A stretch of DNA of 64,000 nt from Candidatus Melainabacteria bacterium SSGW_16 (GTDB lineage: Bacteria > Cyanobacteriota > Vampirovibrionia > 2-02-FULL-35-15): NCBI GenBank assembly GCA_004769085.1, contig DUDS01000019.1, positions 446-64,445 on the forward strand. Reading direction: 5' to 3'. Each line of letters begins with the position of its first letter. The first letter of the stretch is position 1. The notes below the pieces were generated by a model. The model was not told the origin of the DNA. It worked only from the letters and a program-made list of their open reading frames with translations, and made no database searches. A program made the translations under genes and the position numbers. Below are positions 1 through 9,246 of this stretch, one piece after another.

Positions 1-1362
1 AATTACAGTTTTATTTTTTCTATGTATCCACTCAGTGTATCTAAATCTATTAGTTCTTGCTGATATAACTTTGTATCCTACCCCTGGCATAGCAATAACT
101 GTAAGAGCAGCTTCTTTATGCTCAAGATCAGGATTTTTTAGAACACGTATAAAACTCTCTCCATCTATATTGTTTTTATGAGGTAGTGATGCAAGATCTA
201 TTAAAGTAGGAAATAAATCTACTAGTTCTACTAGTGAATCTGTTTTTATATCCTTTTTAATTAGTTTTGGATATCTAATTATAAGTGGCACTCTACTAGA
301 ATTTTCAAAACAAGTATGTTTTCCAAATGTTCCCTGTTCAAACAAGTGGTAACCATGATCACCTAAAAGTATGACAATAGTATTTTTTTCTAAATTGTTC
401 GCTTCTAAAGCTTTAAGCAAATGACCAACTAATGAATCTACATAAGAGACACAAGCAAAGTAACCTCTTAAAAGTTCTTTTTGTTTAGTCTCGTTTGAAT
501 ATAAATTTTTACTTATATCAGTGTATATTTCTATTTCACCAAGACCTCTGTCTATTGAAAGAGTTGGAGCGCCTTTAGGTAGGTTTTTGTTTTTTGATAA
601 CTTAATTTCAGAAATTGGATATAAGTCATAAAAGTTTTTTGGGGCTACAAAGGGTAGATGAGGCCGATGAAGTCCAACTGCAAGGAAAAATGTTTTGTCT
701 TTTAAGTATTGAAGTCTTTCAATAGCAGCCACTGTTATCCTTCCATCGTATAATTGTTGCTCAGGAAGATTAGGCGCTTCCCATGAGCTTCCTGCATACC
801 ATCTTTCTGAATCAGTCCACCACAAATCTTGCTCTTTAGAAAATGATCCTTTTTTAAAACTTTCTATTTGAAACTCAACATTTTTAACTGTCCTGTATTC
901 AGGGAAAAATAAAAAAGGTTTTGGGTAATATGCTGCACTTGTCCAGGATATTGAGTCCTGAATGTGAAATACTTTTCCAATTGATTCAGTTAAGTAAGCA
1001 TGATCTTTAAAATATTGTGGTAATGTTACTAGATTTGGCATTTTAGTTCTAAAGTATTCTATTAAAAAGTCTTCATTTGGCCTAAGTCCAGTTAAAAATG
1101 ATTGCCTTGAAGGTAAGCATGATGCAACTTGGCAATAGGCCATTGTAAATAAAATCCCTTCACTTGCGAGCTTGTCGATATTTGGCGTTTTCATATGATT
1201 TTTCCCATAACATTTAAGTTCAGGCCTTAAATCATCAACTATGATAAGTAAAATGTTTGGTTTTTTTGAATTGCTTGTTGGATAAAAGGAATTAAATAAA
1301 CTAATTGCAATTAAAAAGATTGCTAAAGTAAATAGTGCTCTAATGTAAAAATTTTTATTCAC
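1..1362 (-). CDS. Sulfatase (formylglycine-dependent arylsulfatase family), 3' end runs off window
   Basis: Reverse-strand translation from GTG at 1362 gives a signal-peptide-like N-terminus (VNKNFYIRALFTLAIFLIAISLF) followed by IIVDDLRPELKCYGKNHMKTPNIDKLASEGILFTMAYCQVASCLPSRQSFLTGLRP. This is the canonical sulfatase C-x-P-S-R-xxx-L/F-TG formylglycine signature. The reading frame stays open to position 1. Confidence 0.8.
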   Translation of the reverse strand, partial: MNKNFYIRALFTLAIFLIAISLFNSFYPTSNSKKPNILLIIVDDLRPELKCYGKNHMKTPNIDKLASEGILFTMAYCQVASCLPSRQSFLTGLRPNEDFLIEYFRTKMPNLVTLPQYFKDHAYLTESIGKVFHIQDSISWTSAAYYPKPFLFFPEYRTVKNVEFQIESFKKGSFSKEQDLWWTDSERWYAGSSWEAPNLPEQQLYDGRITVAAIERLQYLKDKTFFLAVGLHRPHLPFVAPKNFYDLYPISEIKLSKNKNLPKGAPTLSIDRGLGEIEIYTDISKNLYSNETKQKELLRGYFACVSYVDSLVGHLLKALEANNLEKNTIVILLGDHGYHLFEQGTFGKHTCFENSSRVPLIIRYPKLIKKDIKTDSLVELVDLFPTLIDLASLPHKNNIDGESFIRVLKNPDLEHKEAALTVIAMPGVGYKVISARTNRFRYTEWIHRKNKTVI

Positions 1363-1475
1363 TTTATTTAGTTGGGAAAGTTAATTAAAGATTATAGCGG
1401 TTTGTATGTGGACTATAAAAGTAAAATTGGTTAATACTTTGAATTAATCTCTTAAACTATGCAAGGATAGTTACC

Positions 1476-2648
1476 ATGAATGATGCTCCTCAAATTACCA
1501 CTATAATACCTTACTTTAATCCAAGATTTAACTTCTTTGTTGAAGCTATAGAGAGCCTTCTTTCACAATCCTACAAAAAGTGGGAATGCATAATAGTAAA
1601 TGATGGCAGCTCAATAGAAAGTAAAAATGCTCTAGAAGGATATATTCATAGCTTAAGCGATAAAAGATTTTCGATTTTGCACTTTGATAAAAACTATGGT
1701 TCTTCTGCTGCAAGAAATATTGGCATAAGAAATACAAAAAGTGAGATTGTTACTTTTTTAGATACAGATGATATACATTTCCCATGGTACTACCAAGAAA
1801 TTATTAATTTTTTTTCAAAGAGTCCTGAATATTTAATTCTTGCTAGTCCTTCCTATTTGCACATTAAAACAAAGGAAGAGAAAAGTATTTTTCTTGGAGA
1901 ATTTGAAAACAAGATTATTAACAAACCACATGGGATTGTTTTTCACGGTTTTAGATTTCCAAAGATTTTATCTAATGAGGAAAAAGAAGTCTATGATTTA
2001 TTAACAAAAAAAATTGCACTTAAGCTTTTTATAAATACTACTCCAAGGCTTGCACTTAAAAAAGAAGTATTTCAAAGGATTGGTTACGATCCACAATTTT
2101 TAACTAGTGAAGATTCTGATCTTTGTCTTCAGATTTTAAACAGCGAGGACCTATTGAACTCAACTTATATAACCTTAAATCCTTACTACTTACATAGAAT
2201 ATTTTCATCTAGGACAAGACTTACACAAAATTCACTGCTTGTTTTTCAAAATATGGCCAGATTGAAAAATAAATATAATGACAAAGCTTCTATTGCCTCA
2301 AAATCCCTTTGGCTCTTGGGCAGGAGGGATGAATGGCAGTTTAATACAATTATTTATGATCACTTAAATGGGCAATCCTTAATAAAGACAATTAGAGATA
2401 CAATGTCTACCTCTAAAAGTAAAAAAGGTAAAATTAAAAATCTCTGGAGGGTTTTAAAATTAATAATTAAGTATCAGCTTATTACTCAAATTCTTGGTAT
2501 AGATTATAGAGAACATATAATACCAAAGGCAGGAAGTACTAATAAAACTAAAGATATAGAGGAGCTTTTTATTAAGCACCTTCAAAGCATTGAACAAAAT
2601 AGAAATAAAACTTATGTAAATAAAACTTATGAAGCAATTTTTAATTAG
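1476..2648 (+). CDS. Family 2 glycosyltransferase (GT-A fold) with ~170-aa C-terminal domain of unknown function
   Basis: N-terminus IIPYFNP...ECIIVNDGSS...DKRFSILHFDKNYGSSAARNIGI...FLDTDD is the GT2 nucleotide-binding motif plus DxD signature. A divergent promoter region separates it from the sulfatase gene. Confidence 0.8.
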   Translation: MNDAPQITTIIPYFNPRFNFFVEAIESLLSQSYKKWECIIVNDGSSIESKNALEGYIHSLSDKRFSILHFDKNYGSSAARNIGIRNTKSEIVTFLDTDDIHFPWYYQEIINFFSKSPEYLILASPSYLHIKTKEEKSIFLGEFENKIINKPHGIVFHGFRFPKILSNEEKEVYDLLTKKIALKLFINTTPRLALKKEVFQRIGYDPQFLTSEDSDLCLQILNSEDLLNSTYITLNPYYLHRIFSSRTRLTQNSLLVFQNMARLKNKYNDKASIASKSLWLLGRRDEWQFNTIIYDHLNGQSLIKTIRDTMSTSKSKKGKIKNLWRVLKLIIKYQLITQILGIDYREHIIPKAGSTNKTKDIEELFIKHLQSIEQNRNKTYVNKTYEAIFN

Positions 2649-3789
2649 TGTAATTGTTCCATTTTACAATCCTGACTTTGATTTATTTAAAGTTGCTATC
2701 TATAGTATTCTTTCACAGTCATATACAAACTACGAAGTAGTTATAGTAAATGATGGTAGTACCTCCGAGAATAAAACGATCTTAGAAGACTTCATAGATA
2801 ACCTAAACGATAAGAGATTCTTGGTTATTCATTTAGATAGAAATTATGGACCTTCCTTTGCAAGGAATAAAGGGATAGATTCATCAAGGGGTGACATTGT
2901 AACTTTTCTTGATTCTGATGACTTACATCTTCCTTGGTATTATGAGGAAATTGCTAACCATTTTTTGCAGGATCCATCCTCACTTATACTTGGAACCCCA
3001 CCACTACATTACTTACCAAATAAAAAAAGAATATATTTAGATAGGCATCGTTATAGCCTAGTAGAACATCCAGAAAAGCTTGCATTCCCAGCTTTTAAAT
3101 ACTATCCAATTCTTTCGGATGAAGAAGAAAAGACGTTTAAATTACTTGCAAAAAAATGTGGTACAAAGCTTATGTTTTTTTCAACACCCCGCCTAGCTAT
3201 GAAAAAGGAAGCATTTGAAATTACAAAATATGATCCAGATTTTATAGCAATTGAGGATACGGAATTTTGTTTAAGTATCATTAATAATTCCGAGTTAATT
3301 AATAGGGCAATTGTAAATCCCAATTTTGGTTACCTATATAGAATATATTCTTTGAAAAATCGACACACAAGAAAAACTAATTTGAATTTTGAGCATATGT
3401 TCAAAATGATTAAAAAATATTCCAATGAAAACACTCTTGTGTATGACATACTTAATCACTGGAAAAGAAGGGATGAATGGAAATATTGTAGTAATATTTC
3501 AAAAATACTTAAAAATAGATCTAATGGGAATTTCATAGAGATTGCAAGAGAATTTTATACAGTTGGCAGAAAAAATCTCAAAGCTCTTTTTCTTTTGTGC
3601 AAAATAATTTTTAAGTACAAAGTACTTCATGAAGCCCTTGGTATAGATTTTCGAGCGTTTGAAATACCATCTAAAGTAAACATAGACAAGACAAAGGATA
3701 TAAAAGATAAATTTGAGTTTTATTTAACTAGTTACACGAGTGAAATTCAACGAAGATATGCAACTTTAGTAATGAAAAGCATATTTTAA
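2629..3789 (+). CDS. Family 2 glycosyltransferase, tandem paralog of preceding gene
   Basis: VIVPFYNP...EVVIVNDGST...DKRFLVIHLDRNYGPSFARNKGI...FLDSDD. It overlaps the previous stop by 20 bp. The C-terminal half aligns with the upstream paralog (both carry an RRDEW motif). Confidence 0.8.
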   Translation: MKQFLISVIVPFYNPDFDLFKVAIYSILSQSYTNYEVVIVNDGSTSENKTILEDFIDNLNDKRFLVIHLDRNYGPSFARNKGIDSSRGDIVTFLDSDDLHLPWYYEEIANHFLQDPSSLILGTPPLHYLPNKKRIYLDRHRYSLVEHPEKLAFPAFKYYPILSDEEEKTFKLLAKKCGTKLMFFSTPRLAMKKEAFEITKYDPDFIAIEDTEFCLSIINNSELINRAIVNPNFGYLYRIYSLKNRHTRKTNLNFEHMFKMIKKYSNENTLVYDILNHWKRRDEWKYCSNISKILKNRSNGNFIEIAREFYTVGRKNLKALFLLCKIIFKYKVLHEALGIDFRAFEIPSKVNIDKTKDIKDKFEFYLTSYTSEIQRRYATLVMKSIF

Positions 3790-4595
3790 TCAGTGACGCG
3801 TATCCTTGCAGCAAGCTGTTCTAATTTTTGAATAGCTGAAACAATCAAAACAAAAAGAATTAAACTTAGTAAAATCATATTGAATGAACCTGAAATACTA
3901 TCATAAATATCACCAGAAAACATTTCTCTTGTACGTAGAATTGCCCAAACAAAAGGTATGTTTTTATAAAACGTTCTTACATCTTCTGGAATAAAACTTA
4001 AGTTGTAAAAGATTGGAAGCCCTACTAAACTTAGCCTTACAAAAAATGGAAAAATTAATCTTAAATCTGGTATAAACTTTTGCAAGAAAGCAAAAATTAT
4101 ACAAAAAGAAGAAACAAATATAAAACAAACAAGAAGCACTGGCAAGAATTCAATAAAGTGGGAAAATAATTTCTTTTCAAAAAGGAATAAAAGAGAGTAA
4201 TAAACTATAACATTCACAAGAGTTACAATAAAATACACAACTACAACAGAGAGCGGAACTAAAAAAACTGGAAGTTTAAGATTAGAAATAAATTTTGGGT
4301 TTCTTGTAAGGCAATCAATGCTGTTTTGAGCTGACATTACAAAAAAAAGCCACAAAATAAGCAACAAATAAAAATCTATCAAAGAAATTTGACCAACTTC
4401 AAATTTGTGGGAAAAGAAAACCCTGACTCCAATGAAAGATGAGGCAATTAACAAAGGGTGCAATACAAACCAGGATATGCCCAAAAGAGTGTTCTTATAG
4501 CGTGTTTCTAACTCTCTTTTGACTAGCTCAATAAAAAGTTCTAGAGTTCTTGGTATCCATCTTCTAGCTGATACACTTATAATATTAGTATTCAT
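3786..4595 (-). CDS. ABC-2 type polysaccharide/teichoic-acid exporter permease (Wzm/KpsM/TagG-like)
   Basis: 269 aa. N-terminus LELFIELVKRELETRYKNTLLGISWFVLHPLL is typical of the ABC-2 permease family, followed by about 6 hydrophobic segments. No cognate ATPase gene is adjacent. Confidence 0.7.
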   Translation of the reverse strand: MNTNIISVSARRWIPRTLELFIELVKRELETRYKNTLLGISWFVLHPLLIASSFIGVRVFFSHKFEVGQISLIDFYLLLILWLFFVMSAQNSIDCLTRNPKFISNLKLPVFLVPLSVVVVYFIVTLVNVIVYYSLLFLFEKKLFSHFIEFLPVLLVCFIFVSSFCIIFAFLQKFIPDLRLIFPFFVRLSLVGLPIFYNLSFIPEDVRTFYKNIPFVWAILRTREMFSGDIYDSISGSFNMILLSLILFVLIVSAIQKLEQLAARIRVTD

Positions 4596-4617
4596 TAATA
4601 TTTATAGATTATCACAG

Positions 4618-5724
4618 ATGTTATTCACAGATACTATTAAAGAACCAATTTTAAGTAGAGAAGGCAAAAAATTAAAGCCACCTATCTTTCTTACAGGGTG
4701 TGGTAGATCAGGAACATCTTTATTACAAAGAGTTATATCAAATCACAAAAATATCTACTCCTTTAGGTCTGAAACTCACTTTTTTGGGAGATACTACAAT
4801 ATTCCATCATTGAAGGAAGTTAATATTGAGAATCTGTTGGAAAGTGCTAAATATACTGGTGCAATGGAAGTTTTTTATAAGGAGTTTGAAAGTAACCAAG
4901 ATTATGAAAACCTAGCTCTCTCATTGCTTTCTGTAATGTTTCATACCATAGAAATTGCCCCGGATATGGTTAAAAATAAGAATTATCAAAGCAACGTACT
5001 ACAAATTTATGGAGAAATCAAAGAACTTGATGATTATAAAAACGTAAGCAACAGATATGAAATGTTTAACCTCTTGGCAAATCACTTAACAATAAAATCA
5101 AATAAAAAAAGATGGGCAGACAAGTCTTCTGTGAATATGTTTAATACACATACAATTTTAGACTTTTTTCCAGATGCAAAGTTTATTGAAATATACAGAG
5201 ATCCAAGAGGAGTATATTATTCCTGGACAAGATGCCCGTTTAAGTTTTTTAGATTAGCAAGTCCAATTACATGCTCAGAAATGTGGAGAAAAACTTCTAG
5301 ATTAGGAGAAAAACTTGAAAAAGAACTGAATGGCAAATATTATAGGATAAAATATGAAGATTTGCTTATAAGTCCCGTAAAAGAGGTTGAAAAGATCTGC
5401 AACTTTATTGAAGAAGAATTTGATCCTAATATGCTTCAGGTTAAAACTACAAATAGCTCCTTTAGACAATACAATGGTAAAGAAGGAATAGACAGTCAAA
5501 GAACAAGCCACTGGAAAAACTCACTATCAAAAAGTGAACTTATCTTTATAGATTTTGCTACAAGAAAAAATAGAACAAACCTTGGTTATCCTGACATTGC
5601 ACCTAGGTTAACACCTATAAATATCTTACCCTTTTTAGTATTTTTTACTAAACTGTGTCTAAAAGCTAAAACAAATCCTATTAAGTATATTAAAAAAATA
5701 ATAAAAGAAGATGCAAACACTTAA
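4618..5724 (+). CDS. Sulfotransferase (PAPS-dependent, Sulfotransfer_3-like)
   Basis: KPPIFLTGCGRSGTSLL is the 5'-PSB P-loop-like motif, and EIYRDPRGVYYSW is the 3'-PB RDPR motif. The ORF-track start at 4519 would overlap the divergent permease gene, so I prefer the ATG at 4618 (MLFTDTIKEP). Confidence 0.7.
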   Translation: MLFTDTIKEPILSREGKKLKPPIFLTGCGRSGTSLLQRVISNHKNIYSFRSETHFFGRYYNIPSLKEVNIENLLESAKYTGAMEVFYKEFESNQDYENLALSLLSVMFHTIEIAPDMVKNKNYQSNVLQIYGEIKELDDYKNVSNRYEMFNLLANHLTIKSNKKRWADKSSVNMFNTHTILDFFPDAKFIEIYRDPRGVYYSWTRCPFKFFRLASPITCSEMWRKTSRLGEKLEKELNGKYYRIKYEDLLISPVKEVEKICNFIEEEFDPNMLQVKTTNSSFRQYNGKEGIDSQRTSHWKNSLSKSELIFIDFATRKNRTNLGYPDIAPRLTPINILPFLVFFTKLCLKAKTNPIKYIKKIIKEDANT

Positions 5725-7495
5725 AAGTACAACTCAAACTAAAAAGATAACAACAAATGCTTTTGACATAAAATTAAAACCACCTATTTTTATATTAGGT
5801 TCTGGTAGATCAGGAACCTCACTACTTAGAAGTATTTTGAATAATCATCCTGATATTTACTGTATGGAAGGAGAAACTCATTTATTTTCACCGGAGTCAA
5901 ATCCTTATCTTGAAGAATTAGAATTTTTTCAAAGTTCAAATGACATTAAAAGCTTAATATTTACAATTATTTCATCTATATTATTTGGGCATGAATGCAC
6001 AGCTCTATTTGCAAGAAGAAAGAAGTTTCCAAAGGAAGTTATTGAAATATACCACGATCTTCAAGACTTCCTTTTGACTGTAGGCTCGCAAGAAAAGTAC
6101 AAAATCTTTAATATTTGTATAGGACACATAACACTGAAAGAAAATAAAAAAAGGTGGCTTGAAAAAACTCCAAACAATATATTTAATTTACCTGATATTC
6201 TCTCCCTTTATCCAGATGCAAAGTTTATTGAAATATACAGAGATCCAAGGGGAGTATATTATTCCTGGAAAAATGCTAAGCAAGATTATTTTAAAAAAAC
6301 TAATATTATTGAGTGTATAAAAAAGTGGAGCAAAACTTTTGAGTATTCAAAAAAATATGCTCATGAGTTACCAAATCAATTTTACAAACTCAAATATGAA
6401 AACCTGGTCGAAGATCCTAAAGTAGAACTGATTAGTCTTTGTAATTTTTTAAATGAAGATTTCAATCAGTCGTTACTAGGGGTGACAACAAGGAGCCTTG
6501 GTTTTGACGAGACTTCAAGCACTACTATATGGAAAGATAATCTAATAAAAAACGAATTACTATTGATTGACTTGAAAACCAAGGAATACAGGAAAGAGCT
6601 TGGCTATATTGATTCCGGAGTAAAACTTAATTTAATTAACATGATTCCATTTTGTCTTTTTTATATAAGAAACAAATTTTTTGGTCGAATAAATTTTCTT
6701 ACTGAAAAGCTTTTTGGTCAAATCAATTTTCTTACTGAAAAGCTTTTTGGTCAAATCAATTTTCTTGCTAGAAAGCTTTTTGGTCGCATAAATCTTCGTA
6801 CTGAAAAGCTTTTTGGTCGCATAGCTTTGCTTATTAATAAATACATAGCTATTGCAAATGAACTTCTTCAATCAATTTTAAGGAAACCATATTCCTTTAG
6901 AAGAAAATGTAAAACTTTGTATTGGGTTATTAAAAGAAAAAGAAAGGTACAAGAGTACATTGATACGCATAAGGTTAAAAAACTTCACATAGGAGCTGGT
7001 CCTAATATGCTTAAAGACTGGTTAAATACAAATATTATGCCAATTACAAATGAAGATATTTTTTTAGATGCTTCAATACGTTTTCCATTTGATGGTAATA
7101 CTTTTGATTGCATATCTATTAATCAGTCCATAGAGTATCTGAAATATAACCAGTCCAAACACTGTTTGAATGAGTGCTTCAGAGTCTTGAAGCCAGACGG
7201 AAAAATCAGGATCATTACCGTAAATTTGGAGAACTTTATTAAAATCTATTCAAAGAAAGACCCAACAAAAGAAGAAAAAGATTACATAAAATTTGTAATA
7301 GATTCATGCATGCCAGATATTGGCATCTATAAAAATGCTTTTATTATGAACAGTCTGTTTAGCAGGCTTAATTATAAATTTATTCATGACTATGAATCAC
7401 TGAATGACATGCTGGAAAAAATTGGATTTATTTACATTAATTTTTTATCAAAGAATGATTTCGAGACTTTAGTGGTTGAAGCCAGGAAGCCATAA
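5711..7495 (+). CDS. Bifunctional sulfotransferase / class I SAM-dependent methyltransferase fusion with internal 11-aa tandem-repeat linker
   Basis: The N-terminal domain has KPPIFILGSGRSGTSLL and EIYRDPRGVYYSW, a sulfotransferase paralog of the upstream gene. The middle carries FGRINFLTEKL x about 5. The C-terminus has HIGAGPNMLKDW...FDCISINQSIEYL...CFRVLKPDGKIRI, a Methyltransf_11-like SAM-binding fold. Confidence 0.75.
   Translation: MQTLKSTTQTKKITTNAFDIKLKPPIFILGSGRSGTSLLRSILNNHPDIYCMEGETHLFSPESNPYLEELEFFQSSNDIKSLIFTIISSILFGHECTALFARRKKFPKEVIEIYHDLQDFLLTVGSQEKYKIFNICIGHITLKENKKRWLEKTPNNIFNLPDILSLYPDAKFIEIYRDPRGVYYSWKNAKQDYFKKTNIIECIKKWSKTFEYSKKYAHELPNQFYKLKYENLVEDPKVELISLCNFLNEDFNQSLLGVTTRSLGFDETSSTTIWKDNLIKNELLLIDLKTKEYRKELGYIDSGVKLNLINMIPFCLFYIRNKFFGRINFLTEKLFGQINFLTEKLFGQINFLARKLFGRINLRTEKLFGRIALLINKYIAIANELLQSILRKPYSFRRKCKTLYWVIKRKRKVQEYIDTHKVKKLHIGAGPNMLKDWLNTNIMPITNEDIFLDASIRFPFDGNTFDCISINQSIEYLKYNQSKHCLNECFRVLKPDGKIRIITVNLENFIKIYSKKDPTKEEKDYIKFVIDSCMPDIGIYKNAFIMNSLFSRLNYKFIHDYESLNDMLEKIGFIYINFLSKNDFETLVVEARKP
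6680..6830 (+). repeat. In-frame 33-bp tandem repeat (about 4.5 copies) inside the sulfotransferase-methyltransferase gene
   Basis: Units tttggtcgaataaattttcttactgaaaagctt / tttggtcaaatcaattttcttactgaaaagctt / ...gctagaaagctt / tttggtcgcataaatcttcgtactgaaaagctt. They encode the FG(R/Q)INFLTEKL hendecad repeats. Confidence 0.9.
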
Positions 7496-7500
7496 ATCTG

Positions 7501-8748
7501 TCATTTTACTGACATTGATGGCTGCTTATTAAGCATAAGAACTATATCTTTAACTGATTTTATTATATATTCAATATCAGCCTCAGTATTTTCTCTTCCA
7601 AGAGTCAGCCTCAATGAACCATTTCGAAATTCTTCAGGAACTGTAAGAGCAACTAAAACATGAGAAGGTTCAAAGTTAGATTCTTTCTTATCTCTGCTTT
7701 TACACGCAGACCCTGAGCTACATGCTATACCTCTCAGATCAGCTTGTAAAACAAGTGTTTCACCCTCAACATTTTTTACGCATAGACTTACATGTCCAGG
7801 AATTCTGTACAGAAATTTTTCTTCACTGTAATTTTCTTTGATTTTATCTAAGGTAACCCCTGTAAAAACCAAATCGTTGAGTTCTTCCAGTCCTTCCATA
7901 AGTTTGATTTGCAAGAATCTAAGTTTTTTTACATTCTCATCCATCTCAGAATGCATAAGTTTTGCTGCTTTTGCAAAACCTACTATTGAGGGCAAACTTT
8001 CAGTCCCTGATCTTAAATTATTCTCTTGTCCACCACCAACCAAATAAGAACTAAAATCTTCAGGTGACTTGATATACAATGCACCTACTCCTTTTGGTCC
8101 ATAAATTTTATGTGCAGACATGGACATAAAGTCCATATCCATATACTTGACATTTACAGGTACTTTTCCAAATGCCTGAACAGAATCTGTATGAAAAAGA
8201 ACATTATGTTTCCTGCATACTTTAGAAATTTTTCCTATACTCTGTATCGTGCCAATTTCATTGTTTGCATGAATTACTGAAACAAGCAATGTTTTATCTG
8301 AAATGAAAGATTCAAGCTGGTTTAAATCTAAAAACCCTTCCTTATCAACATCCAGCCATGTTATTTTCCAGCCTTTTTTCTCAAGGTATTCCAGAGGCTC
8401 TTTAACTGAAGGATGTTCTATCTTCGAGGTAATTATATGTTTCTCTTTATTCTTGATTTTTCCATCTTCTAATAATCGTACCAGTCCAAAAATTACAGTA
8501 TTATTTGATTCTGTACCTCCGCTTGTAAAAATAATCTGATCTTCTTCAGCATTAATCACAGATGCAATTTCATTTCTGGATTTGTTCAGATACTCGCTGG
8601 CTTTTCTGCCAAAAGCATGAATAGAAGAAGGATTTCCAAAGTTTTCAGTTAATAAAGGCAACATTGCTTCTACCACTTCTGCTCTTACTCTAGTGGTTGC
8701 ACTGTGATCTGCATATATGATTCTTTTTTTATTGTACATAAGTTTCAT
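7501..8748 (-). CDS. iscS: Cysteine desulfurase (IscS/NifS family, PLP-dependent)
   Basis: ADHSATTRVRAEVVEAM...GNPSSIHAFGRKA...SAHKIYGPKGVGALY, and the conserved active-site Cys region SSGSACKS. Confidence 0.8.
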   Translation of the reverse strand: MKLMYNKKRIIYADHSATTRVRAEVVEAMLPLLTENFGNPSSIHAFGRKASEYLNKSRNEIASVINAEEDQIIFTSGGTESNNTVIFGLVRLLEDGKIKNKEKHIITSKIEHPSVKEPLEYLEKKGWKITWLDVDKEGFLDLNQLESFISDKTLLVSVIHANNEIGTIQSIGKISKVCRKHNVLFHTDSVQAFGKVPVNVKYMDMDFMSMSAHKIYGPKGVGALYIKSPEDFSSYLVGGGQENNLRSGTESLPSIVGFAKAAKLMHSEMDENVKKLRFLQIKLMEGLEELNDLVFTGVTLDKIKENYSEEKFLYRIPGHVSLCVKNVEGETLVLQADLRGIACSSGSACKSRDKKESNFEPSHVLVALTVPEEFRNGSLRLTLGRENTEADIEYIIKSVKDIVLMLNKQPSMSVK

Positions 8749-9160
8749 TTTCTTTTGAAGCCTTAAAGCTTATTGAGTCAAAGTATAAATCTTCCAGCGA
8801 TATTGATTTCAATATGCCATATATATTACGGTTTAATTTTTGCCACAGCTGATTTGTTACTTCAAAATCTCTGGATGAATTAGGAGCAACATTTACAGGG
8901 CCTTCAACAGCCTGAATAATATCTGCAAGTGATATTTGTTTTATATCCCTGGAGAGCACGTAACCCCCTGCAGGTCCACGCATGCTTTTTACAAGACCGG
9001 ACTGTCTGAGTTTTATAGCAATTTGTTCTAAAAAAGGTAGAGGAATATTCTGGGTATCTGCAATTTCTCTAAGTGACACAGGATTTTTTGATTTAGTCTT
9101 ATGCAATGCAATGCCAATCATAGCCTGGATTGCATATTGTCCTTTAGTGGTTAACTTCAT
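8729..9160 (-). CDS. iscR: Rrf2-family transcriptional regulator (IscR-like)
   Basis: MKLTTKGQYAIQAMIGIAL...VSLREIADTQNIPLPFLEQIAIKLRQSGLVKSMRGPAGGYVL is the Rrf2 wHTH domain. It lies immediately upstream of iscS. The start is set at MKLTTKG rather than the upstream in-frame Met at 9193. Confidence 0.75.
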   Translation of the reverse strand: MKLTTKGQYAIQAMIGIALHKTKSKNPVSLREIADTQNIPLPFLEQIAIKLRQSGLVKSMRGPAGGYVLSRDIKQISLADIIQAVEGPVNVAPNSSRDFEVTNQLWQKLNRNIYGILKSISLEDLYFDSISFKASKENETYVQ

Positions 9161-9246
9161 AGTTAAATTATAATATAGATACTTATGCGTCATTTGAACT
9201 CACCTTAAAAATCAAGTGCAATCTTTACAGCTTTTATAAGAAAACC

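Noticed and set aside
4519-4617. Upstream in-frame extension of the first sulfotransferase (ORF-track start 4519)
   Set aside because: It would overlap the 5' end of the divergently transcribed permease gene by 77 bp. An internal ATG at 4618 precedes the conserved domain.
6680-6830. Regularly spaced 33-bp direct repeats that superficially resemble a short CRISPR array
   Set aside because: The repeats are contiguous with no spacers. They are in-frame within a long ORF and encode a peptide hendecad repeat. No cas genes are present.
6632-6871. 79-aa minus-strand ORF (MKKFICNSY...)
   Set aside because: It is the antisense reading of the 33-bp repeat region inside a well-supported plus-strand gene, and it has a lysine-rich repetitive composition.
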